From Xanthomonas campestris pv. campestris str. ATCC 33913 (GTDB taxonomy: Bacteria > Pseudomonadota > Gammaproteobacteria > Xanthomonadales > Xanthomonadaceae): a DNA stretch of 32,000 nt. Of this stretch, positions 23,848-32,000 are shown piece by piece. Position 1 is the first letter of the stretch; each line of letters starts with the position of its first letter. The stretch spans positions 3,536,497-3,568,496 of the forward strand of contig NC_003902.1 of assembly GCF_000007145.1 (NCBI RefSeq), in the 5' to 3' direction. The notes beneath the pieces are model-generated. The model made no database searches. It saw nothing but the letters and a program-made list of their open reading frames with translations, and was not told the DNA's origin. The translations under genes were made by a program, and so were the position numbers.

Positions 23848-23923
23848 TGGTGGGCCGTGATGGATTCGAACCATCGACCAAAAGATTAAAAGTCTTCTGC
23901 TCTACCGACTGAGCTAACGGCCC
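23848..23923 (-). tRNA. tRNA-Lys (anticodon UUU), CCA encoded
   Basis: The reverse complement GGGCCGTTAGCTCAGTCGGTAGAGCAGAAGACTTTTAATCTTTTGGTCGATGGTTCGAATCCATCACGGCCCACCA folds by hand into a 76-nt cloverleaf with a 7-bp acceptor stem, anticodon loop CTTTTAA and T-loop TTCGAAT. Confidence 0.95.
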
Positions 23924-23969
23924 ACTGCCCGACTGTGCGCCGGGGTGCGCATTCTACCCTACACCGGCG

Positions 23970-24644
23970 TCAAGACGAAATCGCGTAATGCGTCGGGTCC
24001 GGCACGCCGGCGTCGGCAAAGCCGGCTGCGCGCAGACGACAGGCATCGCAATGGCCGCAGGCACGTCCGTCGGCGTCGGCGTTGTAGCACGAGACGGTGA
24101 GGCCGAAGTCCACGCCCAGGCGAACGCCCGCACGCACGATGTCGGCCTTGCTGAGGAACTGCAGCGGCGCATGCACGCGCAGGCCCGCGCCTTCCACGCC
24201 GGCCTTGGTGGCCAGATTCGCCAGCACCTCGAAGGCACGCACGAACTCTGGCCGGCAGTCCGGGTAGCCGGAATAGTCGACCGCGTTGACGCCGCAGAAC
24301 AGGTCGTTGGCGCCGACCACTTCGGCCCAACCCAGGGCAAGCGACAACATGATGGTGTTGCGCGCCGGCACGTAGGTGACCGGGATTCCCGCGCCTCCTG
24401 CCTCCGGCACGTCGATGTCAGCGGTCAGCGCCGAGCCACCGATGCTGCGCAGGTCAACGTCCACCACCTTGTGCGCCACCACGCCCTGCGCGGCGGCGAC
24501 GCGCGCCGCCGCGTCCAGCTCGGAGGTATGGCGCTGCCCATAGCGCACGCTCAACGCATGCACCGCGAAGCCCTGCTCTTGCGCAAGCGCGATAACGGCG
24601 GCGGAATCCATGCCCCCGGACAACAGAACAACGGCTTTTTTCAT
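23970..24644 (-). CDS. queC: 7-cyano-7-deazaguanine synthase
   Basis: 224 aa. [17 protein letters not shown] (PP-loop SGGxDS) and the C-terminal Cys cluster C..CGHCDAC match QueC. Confidence 0.95.
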   Translation of the reverse strand: MKKAVVLLSGGMDSAAVIALAQEQGFAVHALSVRYGQRHTSELDAAARVAAAQGVVAHKVVDVDLRSIGGSALTADIDVPEAGGAGIPVTYVPARNTIMLSLALGWAEVVGANDLFCGVNAVDYSGYPDCRPEFVRAFEVLANLATKAGVEGAGLRVHAPLQFLSKADIVRAGVRLGVDFGLTVSCYNADADGRACGHCDACRLRAAGFADAGVPDPTHYAISS

Positions 24645-24840
24645 GACGGATCAGGCAGTAGACAACAGAAGCGGAAAGGCTAGCAGGGTCGGTCGGTGAG
24701 GCGGTAGCGCAGCGCATAAGGCAAAAGACTTTTCATCTTCTGCGCCTGACGCACCGGCGCAAGCAACACACCACACACCGCGGCGCTCACCTCAACTCAA
24801 TCCGCGCCTCCACATGCACCGCAGCGGTACGGCCGGCGTT

Positions 24841-25530
24841 TCAGCGGCCCGGTTCGTCGTCCCAGAGGATCTTGTGCAGCTGCATCTGGAAACGCACCGG
24901 CAGCCGGTCGGCGACAATCCAGTCGGCCAACTCGCGCGCGCTCACCTGCCCCTTGCTGGGCGAAAACCATACCGTGCACCGCCGATCCAGCGCCTGCGTG
25001 GCGACCACATCGCGCGACCATTCGTAGTCGGCGCGACTGCAGATGACGAACTTGATCTGGTCGCGCGCGGTCAGCAACGGAAGGTTGTCCCAGCGGTTGC
25101 GGTGGTCCTCGCCCGAGGCAGGGGTCTTGATGTCCACCACGCGCGAGACGCGCGCATCCACAGCGGACACATCCAGCGCACCGGAGGTTTCCAGCGAGAC
25201 ATCGAAGCCGGCGTCGCAGAGTTTGTGCAGCAGCGCCAGGCAGCGCTTCTGTGCCAACGGTTCGCCGCCGGTGACGCAGACGTGGCGCACGCCGTGGCTG
25301 GCGACCTCGGCCACGATCGCGTCGATGTCATGCCACTCGCCACCATGGAAGGCGTAGGCGGTATCGCAGTAGGTGCAGCGCAACGGGCAGCCGGTCAGGC
25401 GCACGAACACCGTCGGCCAGCCGGCCGCTTCGGCCTCGCCTTGCAAGGAAAGGAAAATCTCGGTGATCTTCAATCGCGGCAACGGCGACTGGACGATCTC
25501 GCTGGGGACGGCGGCGGCGTTCATGGGCAA
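24841..25530 (-). CDS. queE: 7-carboxy-7-deazaguanine synthase (radical SAM)
   Basis: 229 aa; EIFLSLQGEAEAAGWPTVFVRLTGCPLRCTYCDT carries the CxxxCxxC radical-SAM/QueE signature. Confidence 0.95.
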   Translation of the reverse strand: MPMNAAAVPSEIVQSPLPRLKITEIFLSLQGEAEAAGWPTVFVRLTGCPLRCTYCDTAYAFHGGEWHDIDAIVAEVASHGVRHVCVTGGEPLAQKRCLALLHKLCDAGFDVSLETSGALDVSAVDARVSRVVDIKTPASGEDHRNRWDNLPLLTARDQIKFVICSRADYEWSRDVVATQALDRRCTVWFSPSKGQVSARELADWIVADRLPVRFQMQLHKILWDDEPGR

Positions 25531-25568
25531 AGTATGCGCCGCGCCCGAAGGCGCCAGCGCGAAACGGC

Positions 25569-26387
25569 TCAGCGCAGTTGCTGACCGAGGCGGATGGACT
25601 GCAGACGCTCCTGGGCAACGCGTGCCGCGTCGGAGCCTGGGTACTGCGTAGCGACCTGTTGCAGGGTCTGCTGCGCTTCGGTGTTCTTGCCTTCGCCATA
25701 CTGCGACAGGCCGAGCTTCAGCAGGCCGCCAGCGGCCTTGTCATGCGTGGGGTAGCGGCTCACGAGATCGCGAAACTGCGCCTCGGCCAGCTGGAAATTT
25801 CGGGTGGCGTAATAACTTTCACCCAGCCAATACAGTGCATTGGGGGTGTAGACGCCATTGGGGTACAGCTCGAGAAAGCTGAGGAACAGCTGCGACGCAT
25901 CGTCGTACTTGCCGTTCTTCAATGCATCGAAGGCCACGTTGTAGGCAGTGCGCTCTTCGTTGCTGATGGCCAGCGTGCCAGGGTCGCCGTGGACAGTGGG
26001 CGGCTTCTCGGAAGTCGCCGCCGCTGCAGGCCGCGCGGCCGGTGCCGGGGCTGGGGTGACGCTGCCGGTGGCCGATGGCAGTGGCGGAACCGCACCACCC
26101 GCACCTTCCAGCCGATTCAGACGCCCGTCCAGATCCAGGTACTGGTCCTTGGACTGTTGCTTGAGTTGCTCGTTGTCATGCTGCAGCTGTTCCACTGTCG
26201 CCCGCAACGCCTGCAGGTCCGAACGCGCCTGCTGCAGCTGATTGAGGAGATCGTTGTTGGCCTGACTATTGGCCTGCTGCTGCTCGAGCACGGCAACACG
26301 GTCAGCGAGACTGGCCCGCTGCGCGTATGCCGGCGCGGCGACCACAAGGGCCGCCGCGACGAACAGGGATGTCACTCGAAAGCGCAT
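25569..26387 (-). CDS. cpoB: Tol-Pal system coordinator CpoB/YbgF (signal peptide, coiled coil, TPR domain)
   Basis: 272 aa with a signal peptide ..AAPAYA, an N-terminal Gln-rich coiled coil and the C-terminal TPR motif YNVAFDALKNGKYDDA..YWLGESYY. Confidence 0.9.
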   Translation of the reverse strand: MRFRVTSLFVAAALVVAAPAYAQRASLADRVAVLEQQQANSQANNDLLNQLQQARSDLQALRATVEQLQHDNEQLKQQSKDQYLDLDGRLNRLEGAGGAVPPLPSATGSVTPAPAPAARPAAAATSEKPPTVHGDPGTLAISNEERTAYNVAFDALKNGKYDDASQLFLSFLELYPNGVYTPNALYWLGESYYATRNFQLAEAQFRDLVSRYPTHDKAAGGLLKLGLSQYGEGKNTEAQQTLQQVATQYPGSDAARVAQERLQSIRLGQQLR

Positions 26388-26393
26388 CGCTTC

Positions 26394-26912
26394 TTACTGA
26401 GCCGTGTACACGATCTCGACGCGGCGGTTCTGCGACCAGCAGCTTTCGCTGGTTTCGGTGCAGACCGGACGCTCTTCGCCGTAGCTGACAACGGTCAGCT
26501 GGCTGGCCGAACCACCGGCAGCCTGCAGAGCCGACGACACGGCGTTGCCGCGACGCTCGCCCAGACCCATGTTGTATTCACGCGAACCGCGCTCGTCAGC
26601 ATTGCCCTGCAGGGTGATGCGCGAGGACGGACGGTCACGCAGGTACTTGGCGTGGCACGCCATGATGGCCTGGAATTCCGGCTTCAGGGAGTCCTGATCC
26701 AGATCGAAGTAGACAACGCGCTGGCGCAGGCAAGCATCGGTATCCAGGTCGCCCGGGCCGTACAGGCCAGAGGTGGACGGACCGGTCGGAGCGGTGGAAC
26801 CGGCGGTGGTGTCAGTTGCGGGAGGCGGAGTTTCCTTCACCTTCTTGGAGCAACCGGCCAGCACTGCAACGGACAACAGGGAGACAAGCAAGACGCGGGT
26901 GGACTTGTTCAT
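26394..26912 (-). CDS. pal: peptidoglycan-associated lipoprotein Pal
   Basis: From ATG 26912: MNKSTRVLLVSLLSVAVLAGC (lipobox LAGC) plus a C-terminal OmpA-like domain (..LQGNADERGSREYNMGLGERR..). The ORF track starts 27 nt upstream at a TTG. Confidence 0.95.
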   Translation of the reverse strand: MNKSTRVLLVSLLSVAVLAGCSKKVKETPPPATDTTAGSTAPTGPSTSGLYGPGDLDTDACLRQRVVYFDLDQDSLKPEFQAIMACHAKYLRDRPSSRITLQGNADERGSREYNMGLGERRGNAVSSALQAAGGSASQLTVVSYGEERPVCTETSESCWSQNRRVEIVYTAQ

Positions 26913-26969
26913 GGGATACCTATGGAGGCTCTGGGCCAATGAGTGGTTTAACGCAGCGAAATATTAACA

Positions 26970-28289
26970 TTAATGCGCGGTTCGGTAAGGCCCCCATGCG
27001 GGTTCTCTTACATCACCGTCGGCCAGAACCAGGCGCTGGCGGACCCGTGCGTCGGCAGACACGGCGTACAGGACGCCCCGGCCACCCTCACGTGCGGCGT
27101 ACAGCACCATGCTGGCATTCGGCGCGAAGCTCGGGGATTCGTCCAGCGAACCCGGCGACAACGTGCTCCAGCTGGGCGAACCCAGGCTGCGATCCATCAT
27201 GGCGATGCGATAGGTATTGCCGCTGCCCTGTGCCACGGCGACCTTCTTGCCGTCGAACGAGACACTGGCGGTAGCGTTGTAGTTGCCCTGGAAGGTCACG
27301 CGGTTGGCGCTGCCGCCACTGGCTGCGACCTGATAGATCTGCGGGCGGCCACCACGGTCGGAGGTGAAATAAATGCTGCCGCCGTCCGGTGCCCAGGTCG
27401 GCTCGGTATCGATGCCGAAGTGGTTGGTCAGCTGGGTCAGCTGCTTGCTGCCCAGGTCCATCACGTAGATCTCCGGGTTGCCGCTGCGCGACAGGGCCAG
27501 CGCCAAGCGACGGCCATCCGGCGAGAACGAGGGCGCGCCGTTGATGCCACGGAAGCTGGAAACCAGTTCGCGTGCGCCGCTGGCGATGTCCTGCAGATAG
27601 ATCGAGGAATTGCCACGCTCGAAGCTCACATAGGCCAGCTTCTTGCCGTCCGGGCTCCAGTTCGGCGACAGCAACGGCTCGGCCGAACGCACGATGGTCT
27701 GCGGGTTGTAGCCATCGGAGTCGGCCACCATCAGCGCATAGCGCATCGAGCCGCCGCTGCCGCTGGCGGTCACGTAAGCGATACGGGTCCAGAACGCGCC
27801 ACGCACGCCGGTGACTTTTTCATAGATGGCGTCGGCCATCTGGTGCGAGACATCGCGCATCGCATTGGCGCGTGCGGTCATTGCCAGGCCCAGCAGGCGC
27901 TCGCCCTTGGCGACGTCGAACAGCTCGTATTCGACGCGATAGGCGCCCTCACCGGCGTCCATCACGCGGCCGACCACGATGTAGTTCTGCTTGAGCGTGC
28001 GCCAGGTCTGGAACTGCACCTCGGTGCCGCGGGTCGGCTTTTCAACGATCTGCGCGGCCGGCAGGGTGCGGAACTGACCGGAACGGTCCAGGTCGGCACT
28101 GACCACGGCGGAAACGTCGGTCTGCGGCGCGGTACCGGAGCCCTGGTACGGCATGGGAACGACAGTGATCGGCGTGGCCGAGGCGCTGCCGCCGACAATA
28201 TCAATAGTGAGCCCTTGCTGTTGCGCGAACGCGCTCAGCGGCAGCAACAGGGCGGTCAAGGCAGCTAACCAACGCAGCGGTTTCTTCAT
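26970..28289 (-). CDS. tolB: Tol-Pal system beta-propeller protein TolB
   Basis: From ATG 28289: MKKPLRWLAALTALLLPLSAFA signal peptide, then repeated ..SPDG../..APDG.. propeller motifs. The upstream 22 codons of the ORF are unlikely to be coding. Confidence 0.95.
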   Translation of the reverse strand: MKKPLRWLAALTALLLPLSAFAQQQGLTIDIVGGSASATPITVVPMPYQGSGTAPQTDVSAVVSADLDRSGQFRTLPAAQIVEKPTRGTEVQFQTWRTLKQNYIVVGRVMDAGEGAYRVEYELFDVAKGERLLGLAMTARANAMRDVSHQMADAIYEKVTGVRGAFWTRIAYVTASGSGGSMRYALMVADSDGYNPQTIVRSAEPLLSPNWSPDGKKLAYVSFERGNSSIYLQDIASGARELVSSFRGINGAPSFSPDGRRLALALSRSGNPEIYVMDLGSKQLTQLTNHFGIDTEPTWAPDGGSIYFTSDRGGRPQIYQVAASGGSANRVTFQGNYNATASVSFDGKKVAVAQGSGNTYRIAMMDRSLGSPSWSTLSPGSLDESPSFAPNASMVLYAAREGGRGVLYAVSADARVRQRLVLADGDVREPAWGPYRTAH

Positions 28290-28553
28290 GGACGGCTCGG
28301 ATCGGGCAGGAAAAGTGGGCAAGGGATACCAATCAGCGAGTGAACATACTCGCAATCATGAACGAGACAACGTGAAAATGAAGCGAGTGGTGCCGGGACT
28401 GCGCAAAACCGTTGCAGGCGCTGATGCTGCCCGGCGCGGGACCTGGCTGCGGCCACCGCGTCCGGGCACATGCGCCTGCGTGCTGCGCAACTCCCGGCGC
28501 GGGATTCGCGCGTACAGCGCCACAGAGCCAGGCGCGCGGCACACACCTCCCGC

Positions 28554-29580
28554 TTACTGATCCTGCGCGGTGAACACAAAGGTCAGATTGCGCTGAAACA
28601 CCGATTCGAACCCGCGGTACGGCAATGGTTGGGCGCTCAGCACGGCGGCCTCGATCGACCGCTGGCCTGCCTCGTCGTACGGGCAGCCCGGCGCGACCTT
28701 GGCCTCCATCACCTGGCCGCCGGGGAGTTGGCGGATGTTGATGGTGCACTTCTGGCCCGGCGGGACTGACGGCGGACGCACCCACTGCGCCAGCACCTTC
28801 TGCTGGATCGCCGCGGCGTACTTGGCCGACAGGTCGGTGTTGGTGCCGCCCTGCCCTGCCGTGGGCTGGGCAGTTGCGGCAGCGGCCGAAGACGCCTGCT
28901 GCGCACGTGCCGCAGCCACCTGGCGCAGCTTCTGCTCCGCCAGCTTGGCTTCCTTGTCGGCCTGCTCGCGCTGGCGGCGGATGTCGGCGATCTTCTTTTC
29001 GCGCTCGGCCTGTGCGGCCTGCTGCGCGGCGGCCTGCTTCTTCTTGGCGTCTTCCTCTTCTTGTTGCTTGGCCAGGCGCAGCTTCTGCTCAGCTTCTTCC
29101 TGGCGCTTGCGTTCGGTGAGGTCGATCTGCTCCTGGCGGCGCTTGGCTTCCTGCTCCTGCTTGGCCTTTTCCTCGGAAATGGCCAATGCATCGACCTTGT
29201 CCTGATCGACCTTGTCGGGCTGGGCGACGCGCTCTTGCGCCTGCGCCTGCTGCTGCGTCGGCGCATCCTGCGGGCGTAGCTCGGGAATCGGCTGCGGCGG
29301 CGGCACGCTGTCTTCCGGCGCAGGCTCTGGCAAGGGGGCCGGCGGCGGAGGTGGCGCGATCGGGGTCGCGTTCAATGCCTGGCGGGCAACGCGGGCCTCG
29401 GCAGCCGACACATCCAGCGAGGCCTCCATGCTCGGGTCGCCAGCGGCTGGCTCTACCGAACGTTCGGGCGACCACAGCCAGCCGGCGATGAACACCAGCG
29501 CCACCAGAATGTGCACAGCCAAAGCCAGCATGACCGGGCGGGCCCAGCCATCCTCGCGCGCTGTCTGTTGGGGGAAAGCG

Positions 29581-29594
<14 letters not shown>
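28554..29594 (-). CDS. tolA: TolA (TM anchor, long Ala/Lys/Glu/Gln-rich helical domain, C-terminal domain III)
   Basis: 346 aa with TM helix VMLALAVHILVALVFIAGWLW and low-complexity helix EEKAKQEQEAKRRQEQ... It lies between tolR and tolB. Confidence 0.9.
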
Positions 29595-30030
<436 letters not shown>

Positions 30031-30121
30031 CGCGGAACGTTCCTAAGGGAGGCCCCGCACATGCAGGTGCGGGTGTTTGCGAGGGACTCGCCTGTCTGCT
30101 GGCACCTGCCAGCGGCGCGCA

Positions 30122-30901
30122 TTATTCGTCCGCGCCGGCCTGGCGCTGCAGGATCGAGCTGAACTCGTCGGCGAAGGTCTCATAGCGCACCGACAGCCGT
30201 TCCACGCGGGTGGTGAAACGGTTGTAAGCCCACACCGCCGGAATCGCCACGAACAGGCCGATGGCGGTGGCGAACAAGGCTTCGGAAATACCCGGCGCCA
30301 CCGCAGCAATACCGGCCTGCTCGCCGCTGCTGACCATGTCGTGCATGGTCACCATGATGCCGAACACGGTGCCGACCAAACCCACGTACGGTGCGGTGGA
30401 GCCGATGTTGGCCAGCAATTCGAGATTGCGCTCAAGCTGGTCCACTTCCCGCGTAAAGGCGGTCCGCATGGCGCGCTGGGCACCTTCCAGCTGCACGCGC
30501 GCATCCAGGCGACGGCGGTCGCGCAGCCGCGAGAACTCGCGGAAGCCACTTTCGAACATCGACTCCAGACCACCGACGGTGCGGTTGCGATCGGTTGCCG
30601 AGGCGTAGAGCTTGGCCAGGTCCGCACCGGACCAGAAGCGGTTTTCGAACTCGTCCGCCTCACGGTTGGCCTGCTTGAAGGCACGCGCCTTGCGGAAAAT
30701 GATGACCCAGCTGATGAACGAGCCGATCAGCAGCAGCAGCACGATGATCTTCACCGGGATGCTGGCCCGCAGGATCAACTCGGCGTAGTTGATGCTGCTG
30801 TTGTGCGCCACGCTGGCGGTCTGCGCCGCAGCGGCGGTGACTTCCTGCGGCAGCGCTTCCACTACCGTGTCCTGCAGGGCCAGGAGCAATGCGATCGACA
30901 T
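30122..30901 (-). CDS. tolQ: TolQ (MotA/TolQ/ExbB proton channel)
   Basis: 259 aa with three TM segments and ..LLANIGSTAPYVGLVGTVFGIM..ALFATAIGLFVAIPAV... Confidence 0.95.
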   Translation of the reverse strand: MSIALLLALQDTVVEALPQEVTAAAAQTASVAHNSSINYAELILRASIPVKIIVLLLLIGSFISWVIIFRKARAFKQANREADEFENRFWSGADLAKLYASATDRNRTVGGLESMFESGFREFSRLRDRRRLDARVQLEGAQRAMRTAFTREVDQLERNLELLANIGSTAPYVGLVGTVFGIMVTMHDMVSSGEQAGIAAVAPGISEALFATAIGLFVAIPAVWAYNRFTTRVERLSVRYETFADEFSSILQRQAGADE

Positions 30902-30912
30902 CCGTTGGTTCC

Positions 30913-31371
30913 TTAGTAATCGGATTCTGTGGTTTCTAGAGCTTTCAACGCGTCAAACAGCGCATCGTCCATGCCGCGTGGGCGGAAGTCGCTGCCACCG
31001 AGTGCGGCAATGCGCACCTCGGCGGTCAGCAGAACTTCGCCCTCGCGCCTGACCGACTGCGCAAATATCAGGCTGGCCCGCTTGCACCGGGTGAGCACCG
31101 CCGAGACCGACAGTGCATCATCCAGCCGAGCCGGCTTGAGGAAATCCAGTTGCATGGAGCGGACCGCGAACACCAGATCGTGCTGCTGGCGCAGGCGTTC
31201 CTGCCCAAAGCCCAGCGCCCGCATCCATTCCGTGCGCGCCCGTTCCATGAAAGCAACATAGCGCGCGTGGTAGACCACGCCCCCGGCGTCCGTATCTTCC
31301 CAGTACACGCGTGTCGGCCAACTGAATACAGGCGGGGATTGGGGAATCGGGAGTCGGGAATCGGCGGTCAT
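30913..31371 (-). CDS. ybgC: Tol-Pal-associated acyl-CoA thioesterase YbgC (4HBT hotdog fold)
   Basis: 152 aa; RVYWEDTDAGGVVYHARYVAFMERARTEWMRALG is the YbgC/4HBT motif. Confidence 0.9.
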   Translation of the reverse strand: MTADSRLPIPQSPPVFSWPTRVYWEDTDAGGVVYHARYVAFMERARTEWMRALGFGQERLRQQHDLVFAVRSMQLDFLKPARLDDALSVSAVLTRCKRASLIFAQSVRREGEVLLTAEVRIAALGGSDFRPRGMDDALFDALKALETTESDY

Positions 31372-31423
31372 GGGAGCATGCTTCTAGTCGAGACAGCCCA
31401 CACGCGCCTAAAGCGGGCAGCCA

Positions 31424-32000
31424 TCAGAACAGGTCTCCGGGTTCGCCGATTGCGGGCGCACTGTCGCGCGGCGGCTTCAGCCCAAGGTGCAGATAGGCTT
31501 TCGGCGTGACCATGCGGCCGCGCGCGGTGCGGATCAGGAAGCCCTGCTGGATCAGATACGGCTCGATCACGTCTTCCAGCGTGCCGCGCTCCTCGGACAA
31601 CGATGCGGCCAGCGACTCCACGCCCACCGGCCCGCCGTCGAAGTGATCGACGATGGTGCGCAGCATGCGGCGGTCGAGCTCGTCAAAGCCCTCCGGATCC
31701 ACCTTCAACATCTGCATGGCGGCCTGCGCCACCGTCAGGTCGATGTGGCCGGCGGCCTTGACCTGGGCGAAATCGCGCACCCGCCGCAACAGCCGGTTGG
31801 CAATGCGCGGCGTGCCGCGCGCGCGGCGCGCGATCTCGGCGGCGCCATCGGGCGTGCAGTCGATGCCCAGGATCGCTGCCGAGCGGATCACGATACGGGT
31901 CAGCTCCTGCGGCGAGTAGAACTCCAGGCGCTGCACGATGCCAAAGCGGTCGCGCAACGGCGCGGTCAGCAGGCCCGCGCGGGTGGTCGCGCCAATCAGC
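31424..32000 (-). CDS. ruvB: Holliday junction helicase RuvB, C-terminal part (N-terminus beyond window end)
   Basis: ..[63 protein letters not shown].. matches RuvB. Confidence 0.95.
   Translation of the reverse strand, partial: LIGATTRAGLLTAPLRDRFGIVQRLEFYSPQELTRIVIRSAAILGIDCTPDGAAEIARRARGTPRIANRLLRRVRDFAQVKAAGHIDLTVAQAAMQMLKVDPEGFDELDRRMLRTIVDHFDGGPVGVESLAASLSEERGTLEDVIEPYLIQQGFLIRTARGRMVTPKAYLHLGLKPPRDSAPAIGEPGDLF

Noticed and set aside
24645-24840. 196-nt region upstream of queC, checked for a preQ1-type riboswitch or other leader
   Set aside because: I could not recognise the compact preQ1 aptamer hairpin/A-rich tail or any convincing conserved structure by eye. A covariance-model search would be needed.
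25578-28268. 454-aa and 431-aa plus-strand ORFs opposite cpoB/pal/tolB
   Set aside because: They are antisense to highly conserved Tol-Pal genes and have no independent coding evidence.
28430-28504. 12-nt direct repeat CCCGGCGCGGGA (28430-28441 and 28493-28504) in the 265-nt tolA-tolB spacer
   Set aside because: It is a short GC-rich repeat in GC-rich DNA and could arise by chance or be a minor REP-like element. No further structure supports a function.
28900-29260. Repetitive Lys/Glu/Ala/Gln-coding DNA in tolA, with overlapping alternative-frame ORFs
   Set aside because: This is the known low-complexity helical domain II of TolA, not an independent repeat element or gene.

Overview
High-GC (about 65-70% by hand count) gammaproteobacterial chromosome, Xanthomonas/Stenotrophomonas-like by gene content. 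Positions 1 to ~23847 are the right-hand part of a P2-like (Peduovirinae-type) prophage. In order it carries: a lysis cassette end with an embedded spanin pair; tail genes R, S, J, I, a fibre gene and a small downstream gene, V, W, FI, FII, E/E+E', T, U, D; a lysogeny switch (XRE repressor divergent from a Cro/Ner-like gene); an Ogr/Delta zinc finger; a toprim-primase/P-loop replication protein; ten small translationally coupled ORFs; and a tyrosine integrase abutting the 3' end of tRNA-Lys(UUU). From 23848 onward the minus strand carries conserved host genes: tRNA-Lys, queC, queE, cpoB(ybgF), pal, tolB, tolA, tolR, tolQ, ybgC and partial ruvB. Two AT-rich (about 35-45% GC) cargo islands interrupt the tail operon. 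Island 1 (~1380-2615, between S and J) encodes a small acidic CxxC..CxxC protein and a single-pass membrane protein. Island 2 (~12969-15085, between D and the repressor) encodes a tight three-gene operon: a STAS-like/GHKL kinase-like ATPase, a DUF4325/STAS-like partner, and a membrane-anchored helical protein. Island 2 is the best candidate for an uncharacterised prophage-borne system, read here as partner-switching-type defence or abortive infection. All functional calls rest on motif recognition by eye; no database search was run.
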